Assembly (NCBI GenBank): GCA_016193465.1
Contig: JACPSE010000006.1
Location: 13,684 to 77,683, forward strand
Direction of reading: 5' to 3'
Source: Deltaproteobacteria bacterium
Lineage (GTDB): Bacteria; Desulfobacterota; Binatia; UBA9968
Length of the DNA stretch: 64,000 nucleotides
Below are positions 8,596 through 17,368 of this stretch, in pieces. Numbering within the stretch: the first letter of the stretch is position 1; each line of letters begins with the position of its first letter. The notes under the pieces were generated by a model. The model had not been told where the DNA came from. It saw nothing but the letters and a program-made list of their open reading frames with translations, and made no database searches. The translations under genes and the position numbers were made by a program.

Positions 8596-9081
8596 ATGGA
8601 CGAAAAAGAAAACCTGGAAAGGGCCGTGAAACTCTTCCGCGAGGCCTATCGCCGTCAGATGGAAGGAGAGCTGGAAGAAGCGATGCGCCTCTACCAAGAG
8701 TCGATCCGTTGTTACCCGACCGCAGAGGCCTACACATTTCTCGGCTGGACCTTGAGCTTTCAGGGACGCTACGAAGAGGCGATCGAACAGTGCAAAAAGG
8801 CCATAGCGGTGGATCCAGATTTCGGCAACCCGTATAACGATATCGGCGCCTATCTCCTCAACCTCGGAAGGATAGATGAAGCGATTCCGTGGCTTGAAAA
8901 AGCCACAAAGGCGGGACGCTATGAGGCTTATCACTATCCCCATTGTAATCTCGGCCGCGTCTATTTGGCCAAAGGGATGTTAAAGAAAGCCCTGGAGGAA
9001 TTTGAGAAGGCCCTAGCCATTGAGCCCAACTATGCCTTCGCGCGTCAGGCCGCGGAGGCTATCCAGCAGCAGCTTCACTGA
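8596..9081 (+). CDS. Tetratricopeptide repeat protein
   Basis: Repeated AYTFLG...EEAIEQCKKAI, PYNDIG and HCNLGRVYL TPR units. Confidence 0.93.
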   Translation: MDEKENLERAVKLFREAYRRQMEGELEEAMRLYQESIRCYPTAEAYTFLGWTLSFQGRYEEAIEQCKKAIAVDPDFGNPYNDIGAYLLNLGRIDEAIPWLEKATKAGRYEAYHYPHCNLGRVYLAKGMLKKALEEFEKALAIEPNYAFARQAAEAIQQQLH

Positions 9082-9224
9082 ACGGAAAAGCACTGCAAAA
9101 AACGACTAACCACTACCCGAACGCGTTAAATTGTGATATAAGGAGACATTCTTCGCTGAGGGAAGTAGATGTTAAGGATCTTCCCGGCAGAGTCCCACAT
9201 CAAGCGCAAGGAGGATGGGCGGTC

Positions 9225-10451
9225 CTGAAAGATAAAAGACATCTGGGTTTTTTCCCCATCCTGACCCTTTTTTTCTTATCGTCCTTTCCTTCTCCGCTCT
9301 GGCCCTCTTTCCCCGAGGAGGCGCTCACTGCACGCTCAGCCCTGCTGATGGACGCTACCAACGGGCAGGTCCTTTACCAGCGTGAGCCTGACCTTCCTCT
9401 GCCTCCGGCAAGCACAACCAAAATCGTAACCGCGATTGTCGCGCTAGAGAGCAACCGGCGAGGAACAGACCTTTTGAGCGTGACCAAGACAGCGACGCGT
9501 GTTCCTTCGTCAAAGCTCTTCCTGCGTCCGGGTCAGGCGATGTCCGTTGAGGACCTGCTCTACGGCTTGCTCCTCTCTTCCGCCAACGACGCGAGCCTGG
9601 TGCTGGCTGAAGGTATCGCCGGCTCCGTGGAGCGTTTTGCCGAAATGATGACCAGGAAGGCGCGAGAAATAGGAGCAGCCAACAGCCATTTCGCAAATCC
9701 CCATGGGCTCACGGCCCCGGAACACTACTCGACCGCGAGGGACATGGCCCTGATCTTCAACTACGCGATGAAAAATCCGACTTTCCGGGAAATCGTCCAG
9801 ACAAAAGCAGGCTCCGTCAGTTCCATCGCCACCGGCAAGGTCCAAAGGGTACGCCACATCCAGCTACGCAACCACAACCGGCTCCTTTGGAGCTTCGAGG
9901 GGGCCATTGGAGGCAAGACCGGTTACACCTACGCGGCCCAGAAGTGTTTCGTCGGCGGCGTGTCGCGCAATGGAGTGACTCTGATTGTTGCCATTTTGGG
10001 CTCCAGAGACCTATGGGGGGATGCCGGGAGGCTGCTCGAATATGGACTCAGGAATTACGAGGCTCTGAAGACTGCCCCGACAATCGCCGCTCCCTCCCAA
10101 ACCGACGGCCACGTCGCCCTGGGGCCAGAAAAGCCCTCTTCGCCCCTGTTTTCCTGGGAAGAAGAAAGAAAAGTCCAGTCCCTCAGCGGATACCTCCTGC
10201 AAATAGCCTCTTTCCGCGAGCGGGAGCGTGCAGAGTCACTTCAGAAGTGGATCACTGAGGGAGGCTATCGAGCATTTTTAGAAAAGGTCTCTCTCAATAA
10301 TGGCGACACCACCTACCGGGTCAGAGTCGGTCCCTATGCCGAGCTGGTTCTTGCTCAGGAGGCTGCCCGGGAGATCGAGAACAAAAGCGGTTTCAGGGCT
10401 ATCATCCTGCCGGCGTCTGCTGTAAGCCCATTCCAAGACAAGCCCAGCTAA
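9225..10451 (+). CDS. D-alanyl-D-alanine carboxypeptidase (peptidase S11) with C-terminal SPOR domain
   Basis: ASTTK (SxxK), SAND (SxN) and GKTG motifs; SPOR-like YLLQIASF...YRVRVGPY. The start is probably CTG 9225, behind AAGGAGG, which adds a signal peptide (ORF track starts at 9348). Confidence 0.92.
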   Translation: MKDKRHLGFFPILTLFFLSSFPSPLWPSFPEEALTARSALLMDATNGQVLYQREPDLPLPPASTTKIVTAIVALESNRRGTDLLSVTKTATRVPSSKLFLRPGQAMSVEDLLYGLLLSSANDASLVLAEGIAGSVERFAEMMTRKAREIGAANSHFANPHGLTAPEHYSTARDMALIFNYAMKNPTFREIVQTKAGSVSSIATGKVQRVRHIQLRNHNRLLWSFEGAIGGKTGYTYAAQKCFVGGVSRNGVTLIVAILGSRDLWGDAGRLLEYGLRNYEALKTAPTIAAPSQTDGHVALGPEKPSSPLFSWEEERKVQSLSGYLLQIASFRERERAESLQKWITEGGYRAFLEKVSLNNGDTTYRVRVGPYAELVLAQEAAREIENKSGFRAIILPASAVSPFQDKPS

Positions 10452-10473
10452 TCCCTCATTTTTTTCTTTCCGC

Positions 10474-11214
10474 TCAATCTCGGATCTCAAGCACCATTCC
10501 GTCTTCGGCCAACAGGACATCCACTTCTGCCCTCCGGGCCAGCATCTCCTCGCCCATGTGGGTTAGAATGAGCGTCCTGCACTCCAGGCGGGAGAGGTTT
10601 TGGCGGATTCTCTGATAGTTCATGTGATTGGTTGTCTCGCGATCGAAGAAACTGCACTCGCAGAGAAAGACATCTGTCCCGCGCGCGTGCGTGATAAAAA
10701 GATCGGTCCAGGGGGAATCCCCGGAATAGAGAATCTGTTTTCGTTCGTAATGGACTTTCAGTGCCAAGGAGATGGCGCGGACTTGATGCGGGACGCGAAA
10801 GGGGAAGACTACAATCCCGGCGACCACAGCTTCTCTATCAGGCTCCAAGACATGAAAGAGGGTTGGCGGGAGTTCCTTCGGCTCTGAAACGTCGCCGAAC
10901 ATAGACTGAAAGAGACCACGGACGCGCTCTTCGCTGCCGGCGGGACCCGCAACGTGCAGAGGTTTGGCGCGCGGCTTCTCGTAGAGATATTCCAGAAAAA
11001 AGAACGGCAGTCCGCCACAGTGGTCCCCGTGGAGATGGCTGAGAAAAATGGCATCCAGACGCCGCGTATCAAAGCCCGCCCGCTTCATGGCTGGCAGAGT
11101 AGCGGGACCGCAATCCAACAGAAAAATTCGATCCCCGGCCTCCACCAGGTAACCGCTGTTGTTCCGGCCGCCGCTCCCGAAGGCATCACCGCAGCCAAGG
11201 ATGTGGAGTTTCAT
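10474..11214 (-). CDS. MBL-fold metallo-hydrolase (RNase Z/BN-like)
   Basis: LGCGDAF, LLDCG, SHLHGDHCGG, YSGDS and LTH motifs. Confidence 0.92.
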   Translation of the reverse strand: MKLHILGCGDAFGSGGRNNSGYLVEAGDRIFLLDCGPATLPAMKRAGFDTRRLDAIFLSHLHGDHCGGLPFFFLEYLYEKPRAKPLHVAGPAGSEERVRGLFQSMFGDVSEPKELPPTLFHVLEPDREAVVAGIVVFPFRVPHQVRAISLALKVHYERKQILYSGDSPWTDLFITHARGTDVFLCECSFFDRETTNHMNYQRIRQNLSRLECRTLILTHMGEEMLARRAEVDVLLAEDGMVLEIRD

Positions 11215-11308
11215 GAATCACAGAATATCTGTACCCGCTTCCGATGTAATTTAAGTCCGTTTTCATCTTCCCTCGCTTTCACGAGCACGAGACACGGACC
11301 CCATTCGG

Positions 11309-11935
11309 TTAGAAACGCCGCCAATTTAGTAATGATTTATCGGAGCAGAGTTTCTCGACGTTTAACGGAACGGGTATGCCTCGGCTTTTCAAATAATCGG
11401 CAATCGGCTTTAAAGGCAGACCCACCGCGGCAAGGTAATCACCGTCGATGGATTCGATCAGAGCGCGGCCCCGCCCCTGGATCGAATAGGCGCCCGCTTT
11501 GTCGAGCGATTCGTCGCAAGAAAGATAGTCCTCGATCTCTTTTTCCGAGTAGTCACGCATCTTTACGGAAACTTCTTCGACGATCCTGAGACCCGGCCCG
11601 CCTAAACCATCGAGGATTGCGACACTGGTGAAAATCCGATGCGTTTTGCCTGAAAGAGAGCGGAGAATCTGTTTCGCGTCAGCCATCCCGTTGGGTTTAC
11701 CGATCTTTGTTGCGTTGATCAGAATCATCGTGTCGCTCCCGATGACGATGCTCTTGGGATTGCCCCTGGCGACCGCTTCGGCTTTTCCCAGGGCAAACTC
11801 CAGAACCTCCTCTTCGACGGGGCGATCGGACGATGCGAGTTCGTCAAAACCCGGAGCGATCATTTCAAACGGCAGGCCGAGAAGCGCCAGTATCTCACGA
11901 CGGCGGGTAGAGGTGGAGGCGAGGATGAGTCTCAT
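11309..11935 (-). CDS. maf: Maf family nucleoside triphosphate pyrophosphatase
   Basis: LILASTSTRRREIL, GKAE, IGSDT and DKAGAYSIQG motifs; ATGA overlap with dus. Confidence 0.93.
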   Translation of the reverse strand: MRLILASTSTRRREILALLGLPFEMIAPGFDELASSDRPVEEEVLEFALGKAEAVARGNPKSIVIGSDTMILINATKIGKPNGMADAKQILRSLSGKTHRIFTSVAILDGLGGPGLRIVEEVSVKMRDYSEKEIEDYLSCDESLDKAGAYSIQGRGRALIESIDGDYLAAVGLPLKPIADYLKSRGIPVPLNVEKLCSDKSLLNWRRF

Positions 11936-13149
11936 GAAACTAAACCCGTGTCCGTGATTGGACAAGCTCGCCACCCTGAGCAAAGTCGAAGGGCGATTCG
12001 TGAATCGTGTTCGTGGAGCGGGTGGTCCGTGGGTGCAAACCCTGAACTAACCGACAGCGCGTAGCCCCTGAGGCACTCGACCACCTCGCTCACGTTGTTC
12101 AGTCGAACCATCTGAGATCGCAGTTCCGCCGCTCTGGGGGAACCCTTACAATACCATGCCAGATGTTTTCGCATTCCCAAAAAACCTGGGATCCCCCAGT
12201 GTTTCTCAAAATGGTTGCTGTGCTCCAGGATGACCCTGAACCTCTCCTCCAAGCTGATAGGGGCGTGATGAATGGATACGGCGCCCCTTGAGCGCAGGGC
12301 CTGTTTAACCTGCTCCTTGGTTCTGAAGATCCACGGATTTCCCTGGGCAGAGCGCCCCAGGATCACGCCGTCCACGTTGGTTTCACGCACGCGACGGTAG
12401 ACATCCTGCATATTTTGCAGGTCGCCGTTGCCAATAATCAAGGCTCCGGAATTCTTTGCTATCTGGACGGCTCGAGCTATGGCTTCCCAATCCGCGTTTC
12501 CTGTGTACTTTTGTTTGAGCGTTCGGCCATGGAGGGAGATGACCGACGGCTTTTCCTCGAGTAGAGTTTGAATCCACTCCTCTACGATGATGCGGTCATA
12601 CCCGATCCGAGTCTTGACCGATACCGGGATGAGGCGCCGCCGGCGAGGAGTCTCCAGCCCGGTCCTTAGTCGATTCGAAATCTTGATTTGTTGGATCAGC
12701 TCCGGGTTGATCTTCAGGTCGCGCAGAGTCTGTCCTTCGAACCAGTCTTTGATGCCTTGACCTGCGGTTCGGATAATGGACCGAGCCAACTCCGGGGTGA
12801 GGATCAGAGCGGCTCCGCCGCCCCTGGCTGCAACGTTTTTCGCGGGACAACCCATATTAATATCCAGGCCGTCGAACCCGAGTTCGCAGACGATGTGTGC
12901 GACCTTGTAGAACATCTCCGGCGTATGCCCGTAGATCTGTGCAACCACCGGACGCTCGATCTCAGAATAGGTGAGGTCTTTGATGAGGGTGTGGGGTGCG
13001 TAGAACGCGCTCTCGACATTGACGAACTCAGTAAACGTGACATCAGGGCGGCCGTGCCTGGCCGTGACGAATCGAAAAGAGGCGTCGGTGACTCCATCCA
13101 TGGGTGAAAGACCGATGATGGGCTTATCAATATTTTGCCAGAAGTTCAT
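11932..13149 (-). CDS. tRNA-dihydrouridine synthase family protein
   Basis: SPMDGVTD, DINMGCP, VSVKTRIG, LHGRT, GNGD and GRSAQGNPW motifs. Confidence 0.93.
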   Translation of the reverse strand: MNFWQNIDKPIIGLSPMDGVTDASFRFVTARHGRPDVTFTEFVNVESAFYAPHTLIKDLTYSEIERPVVAQIYGHTPEMFYKVAHIVCELGFDGLDINMGCPAKNVAARGGGAALILTPELARSIIRTAGQGIKDWFEGQTLRDLKINPELIQQIKISNRLRTGLETPRRRRLIPVSVKTRIGYDRIIVEEWIQTLLEEKPSVISLHGRTLKQKYTGNADWEAIARAVQIAKNSGALIIGNGDLQNMQDVYRRVRETNVDGVILGRSAQGNPWIFRTKEQVKQALRSRGAVSIHHAPISLEERFRVILEHSNHFEKHWGIPGFLGMRKHLAWYCKGSPRAAELRSQMVRLNNVSEVVECLRGYALSVSSGFAPTDHPLHEHDSRIALRLCSGWRACPITDTGLVS

Positions 13150-13318
13150 AATCTGCGGATTATGCGTGGGCGAATCGGGGATTGGCGAAGCGAACGGCAT
13201 ACACGTATATAATATTGCATGCGCGAAGCTGAGGAGCAACCGCGATGACCGGCCGTAGCCGATATCCACGCGCTATATCCCAGTTGCTTTTTATCCTCCG
13301 GCAGTCTAAACTTTTGCC

Positions 13319-13771
13319 GTGCTGGTAAACAAGAGACCCTTTTTCACGCGCTATTCCACAAGCCTCTGGATTCGCTTTCTGCGTTTCAATCTCCTTTCCA
13401 ACAAGAAATTGCAGGATGATCTGGAAAAGCTCGATCTTACCCCTCCCCAGTTCTATGTCTTGGCGACCATCGGGTACGCCGGCGAGCTCCCGTTCAGCGA
13501 GATCGGCGAGAAGATGATGGTGACCGTAAGCAACCTGACCGGCATCGTTGATCGGCTAGAGGAAAAAGGATTGGTCACCCGGGAAAGAGACCTGCGTGAT
13601 CGGCGCATAGTCCGCGTCCGGCTAACGGAAAAAGGCTCCAAGCTCTACAAGAACACCATCCCGCTTTTCGAAAAGAGCATTGCGCAATTTTTCGCCCCTC
13701 TCGATAAATCACAACAAAAGGAGCTTTCCTCCCTTTTGCGCAAATTGATCCGCGTATCCTGGGCACACTAA
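13319..13771 (+). CDS. MarR family transcriptional regulator
   Basis: LTPPQFYVL...SNLTGIVDRLEEKGLV.R...DRR...VRLTEKG. Confidence 0.95.
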   Translation: MLVNKRPFFTRYSTSLWIRFLRFNLLSNKKLQDDLEKLDLTPPQFYVLATIGYAGELPFSEIGEKMMVTVSNLTGIVDRLEEKGLVTRERDLRDRRIVRVRLTEKGSKLYKNTIPLFEKSIAQFFAPLDKSQQKELSSLLRKLIRVSWAH

Positions 13772-13780
13772 AAACAGTCT

Positions 13781-13805
13781 TGAGTTGTGAGTTTTGAGTT
13801 CTGAG
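13781..13805. repeat. 7-bp-period tandem repeat (TGAGTT units)
   Basis: TGAGTTGTGAGTTTTGAGTTCTGAG, the reverse complement of the right arm at 4322-4356. Confidence 0.7.
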
Positions 13806-13813
13806 GAGGGGCG

Positions 13814-13842
13814 TTGACAGAGATATTTAACAGATATAAAGT
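13814..13842 (+). promoter_or_regulatory. Putative sigma70 promoter for the 13865-19868 operon
   Basis: TTGACA (13814-13819), 17 bp spacer, TAAAGT (13837-13842), in an AT-rich interval. Confidence 0.55.
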
Positions 13843-13864
13843 TTCAATATTAACGATTTAACCT

Positions 13865-15094
13865 ATGGAAGAAAAAACGAAAAGCCACAGAGCCGCGGGG
13901 CTTGAGCGGGTAAAGAAGTGGCTTTATGCGAAGAGTCTGGAAGAGCGCGGCGCCGGATGCGTTCTCTGTGGCTCCTGCTACGGTCACGGTCCGGCCAACC
14001 CGATGGAGGACCATCCAGGCTTTAAGACCAAATGTCCGCCTTATGAGTTTTACCGCTTCCAGCGTTTCACCCCCAAATCACGCTGGCTCATGGCGCAACG
14101 TGTCTTTCATGGTCTCGACCCCATCACTCCTGAACTAAAAGAGGTTATTTACACTTGCACGACCTGCCTCATGTGCCAGGAGATCTGCGGCGTGCGCAAC
14201 GACGGCTACGGTCCATGGGACATAGCCGTGGCCATGCGCGAGGAAATCACGGCGCAGCAGGGGCCGATCGACGCCCACCGGCCGCTCCTCGAGGGGCTGC
14301 AACACCACAACAACCCATGGGCCCTGCCCAAGAGCAGGCGAGGGCAGTGGGCCAAGGGGCTGGGACTAAAAAAACTCGGCGCTGACAAAAGCCCTACTCT
14401 CCTCTTTGCCGGCTGCTCTGCCGATCTGCCAAGCGGCAGAGCAGGCGCCACAGCCCTCGCCAGGCTCATGAAACAGGCGCGGGAAGACTTCGTCATCTTA
14501 GGAGAAGAAGAGAGCTGCTGCGGCCTCTATGCGAGCGATCTCGGCTTTCGCGGCGAATACTATCGCCTGCAGCAGGAGAATCTTAAAGTGGCAAGACAGG
14601 CCGGGATCAAAAAGATCGTGGTTGCCTGCGGGAGCTGCCGGCGGATCTGGCAGGACTACCCCAAGGAGGAGATGGAAGGGATCGAAGTGCTGCATGGTGT
14701 CGAGTACGTGGATAGGCTCTTGCGCGCAGACCGGCTGAAATTTAACAAGCCCGTGCGGAGAAAAATCACCTACCACGACCCTTGCCATCTCGGAAGGGGC
14801 TCGGGCGTCTATGAAGCGCCGAGAAATATCCTGCGCTCTATTCCTGGAGTTGAGCTGGTGGAGATGGAGCGCAACCGCCGCTGGTCGTGGTGCTGCGGCG
14901 GTGGCGGCGGGGTTCCCGAAGCCTTCCCGGAACTATCTCAGTGGAGCGCTCAGGACCGGCTGAGCGAAGCGGGGCGCACTGGCGCGGACCTCCTCCTGAC
15001 CACGAGCGCGCTTTGTTTGCGCAGCTTCGCCCAACACGGGCAGTCCCGTGTGCCCCCCCAAGAGCTGCTGGAATTCATCTACCAGGCCATTTAA
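13865..15094 (+). CDS. Fe-S-binding oxidoreductase with two CCG domains (GlcF/HdrD-like)
   Basis: CVLCGSC and CTTCLMCQEIC ferredoxin motifs; ESCCG, YHDPCHLGR and WCCGGGGG CCG motifs. Confidence 0.9.
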   Translation: MEEKTKSHRAAGLERVKKWLYAKSLEERGAGCVLCGSCYGHGPANPMEDHPGFKTKCPPYEFYRFQRFTPKSRWLMAQRVFHGLDPITPELKEVIYTCTTCLMCQEICGVRNDGYGPWDIAVAMREEITAQQGPIDAHRPLLEGLQHHNNPWALPKSRRGQWAKGLGLKKLGADKSPTLLFAGCSADLPSGRAGATALARLMKQAREDFVILGEEESCCGLYASDLGFRGEYYRLQQENLKVARQAGIKKIVVACGSCRRIWQDYPKEEMEGIEVLHGVEYVDRLLRADRLKFNKPVRRKITYHDPCHLGRGSGVYEAPRNILRSIPGVELVEMERNRRWSWCCGGGGGVPEAFPELSQWSAQDRLSEAGRTGADLLLTTSALCLRSFAQHGQSRVPPQELLEFIYQAI

Positions 15095-15097
15095 GGA

Positions 15098-15835
15098 ATG
15101 CGAAAAGAGGCTCATTTCACTCCTGAAAAAATGCTTTCTCTCCTGGGAGTCAAGGCCGGATCGCTGGCCCCTTACGCTCTTATCCCCGGGCCCAAGGAGC
15201 GCAGCCAGATGCTCCTGGCGGCGCTAAAAAATACGCGCAAAAATTTTTCCTTCCTGGATTATGAGATGCACACGGGGACGCACGACGGGAGACAAGTAAC
15301 CGTGGGTAACGGGGGGCGGTATGCTCCCGATACCGCGATCACCACGGAGATCCTGTGCGCGGCCGGCGTCGAGTCGCTCATCCGCATCGGGAGCTGCGGC
15401 TCCTTGCAGGAGGATATCAGGATTGGCGACCTGGTCATTGTCACCGGAGCGCTGCGCGGGGAGGGGACGACGAGTTACTATGTGCCAAAAAATTTTTCTA
15501 CCCTCTCCCACCCGGAGATTGTTGGCGCCCTAACCGAGGCGGCAAAGAGTTTGAACGTCCGTTATCACCTCGGTTCGGTTTTTACCACCGACGCCCTGTT
15601 TCAGGAAACCCCGGAACTCATTCAGGAGCTGGAGCAGCAGAAGGTCTCCGGGATCGACATGGTCACGTCAACCTTTCTCACCGTCGCCCAGGTGCGCCAT
15701 AAAAAGGCCTGCGCGATCCTGGCTGTTTCGGACGAGTGTCTCAAGGGAAAGATGGGGTTCCGCGATCCCGTTTTTCTCGAGGCCGAAGAAAAAATGGTCG
15801 AGGTCGCGCTCAAGGCGATCCATCTCCTGGATTAA
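15098..15835 (+). CDS. Nucleoside phosphorylase (hexameric DeoD/Udp type)
   Basis: IPGPKER, LIRIGSCG, GDLVI, RGEGT, TTDALF and AILAVSD motifs. The canonical EME motif reads DMV. Confidence 0.88.
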   Translation: MRKEAHFTPEKMLSLLGVKAGSLAPYALIPGPKERSQMLLAALKNTRKNFSFLDYEMHTGTHDGRQVTVGNGGRYAPDTAITTEILCAAGVESLIRIGSCGSLQEDIRIGDLVIVTGALRGEGTTSYYVPKNFSTLSHPEIVGALTEAAKSLNVRYHLGSVFTTDALFQETPELIQELEQQKVSGIDMVTSTFLTVAQVRHKKACAILAVSDECLKGKMGFRDPVFLEAEEKMVEVALKAIHLLD

Positions 15836-15841
15836 AAAAAG

Positions 15842-17368
15842 ATGAAACCGAAACAGAGTCCGCTTTTTGTCCCGGCGCTCTGGGAAGAGGACCATTTCAA
15901 GATTGTCGATGAAACCCTGCTTCCCTGGAAGGTGGAATACATCACGGTCCGCGCGATCCCCGAGGCGCTGCGGGCAGTCAAGGAGATGAAGACGCGCGCC
16001 TTTGGCCAGGTTCTAACCTTTCTTTACGCTGCGGCCCTGGTGGCGCAAGGCTACAAAGCCAAAGATCTCGAACCGTTAAGATCGCGGCTCGCCCAACTGG
16101 CAGAGGAATTCACTGAGGCGCGCCCGACCTTTGATTTCCAAGGGCTCGCCGGATCTTACACCGAATGGTTTCGTGACTATCCGCCGGGGGAAGAGCCGGG
16201 AAGGTGGTTTTGCACAAAGGCCATTGCCTTCGCGGACACGATTGTGCAAGCGCGAAACAACAGAGCCAGACTGGCCGCCGGGATCCTTCCGGACCCCTGC
16301 CGGCTTCTTACCCATTGCAACATTAGCGGCGAGCTCGTTGCTGTGGCCGAGTGGTGTCGTCAAATGGGCAAGGAGATCCGGATCGTTGCCACGGAAACCC
16401 GTCCCTATCTCCAGGGCTCCCGTCTGACTGCCTGGGAGCTCTCCCGGGCCGGCTTTCGGGTTGCCTTGATTCCTGACTGCGCGATCGCGCAGGTCATGGC
16501 TAAGGGGGAAGTCAATGCCGTGCTGGTTGGCGCGGATCGCTGCGCTCAAAACGGCGATGTGATCAACAAGGTGGGAACCTATCCGTTGGCCTTGATGGCC
16601 AAGGAATACAACGTCCCTTTCCATGCCTTAGTCCAAGAGCCCGGTCTGCTTGCTAAGGGAGAGGACGTCCTGATCGAAGAGCGCCCGGTCTCGGAGCTCT
16701 TCGCCTTTCAAAGCCGCGCGCGCGCGCCCGAAGGCCTGAAAGGCCGCTATCCGGCTTTTGATCTCACGCCTTCCTCTCTGATCACAACGCTGATCGGCTT
16801 CGATAGCGCTCTCACGCCTGAGAGTTTCAGACAAAGATTTCACCAGGACACCCATGCCACCGCAAACAGCAAGAAAGAGGGAGAGCCTTACCTTCTCTTG
16901 TATGGAATTCCCAAGCGCGACAGCTACGCCCATCTCTCCCATGCGCTCAAAGCGGAGCAGGCGTCCGCGGTCCTGGTCCCAGAGATGCGCCCGGCGCTGT
17001 GGGGCGCGCGCGTGATTACTCGTGAGCTCCTTCAGAGGAAAATCCCGGCGACGCTCATCTCCGACAACATGATGGGCGCGTTTTTCGCGCAGGGACAAAT
17101 TAAACGCCTCTATCTCTTCTACTCGGAGCTTAGTGGAGAGAGGCTCGTGGGCATCTGCGGCTCACTGCTGGCGGTGCGTCTGGCGCGGACCCACGCGGTA
17201 CCCATCGAGCTGCTCTCGGCCGAAGAAAGTCAGGACGCTCCGCCCGATCGCGACGTCTCCACTTTCCTGGGCCAGCGGGTCATCTGCGATCGGGTCACCA
17301 TCTATCCCATTGAAAAGGAGGTCATCCCTTGGTCTCTATTAAAAGAGAGCAGGGCTGGCAGCGCATGA
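15842..17368 (+). CDS. mtnA: Methylthioribose-1-phosphate isomerase-like protein with a degenerate duplicated C-terminal domain
   Basis: IVDETLLP, LTHCN, ETRPYLQGSRLTAWEL, GADRCAQNGDVINKVGTY and FDLTP motifs, then a second EMRP..GAR....EL...IPATLISDNM copy. Confidence 0.85.
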   Translation: MKPKQSPLFVPALWEEDHFKIVDETLLPWKVEYITVRAIPEALRAVKEMKTRAFGQVLTFLYAAALVAQGYKAKDLEPLRSRLAQLAEEFTEARPTFDFQGLAGSYTEWFRDYPPGEEPGRWFCTKAIAFADTIVQARNNRARLAAGILPDPCRLLTHCNISGELVAVAEWCRQMGKEIRIVATETRPYLQGSRLTAWELSRAGFRVALIPDCAIAQVMAKGEVNAVLVGADRCAQNGDVINKVGTYPLALMAKEYNVPFHALVQEPGLLAKGEDVLIEERPVSELFAFQSRARAPEGLKGRYPAFDLTPSSLITTLIGFDSALTPESFRQRFHQDTHATANSKKEGEPYLLLYGIPKRDSYAHLSHALKAEQASAVLVPEMRPALWGARVITRELLQRKIPATLISDNMMGAFFAQGQIKRLYLFYSELSGERLVGICGSLLAVRLARTHAVPIELLSAEESQDAPPDRDVSTFLGQRVICDRVTIYPIEKEVIPWSLLKESRAGSA

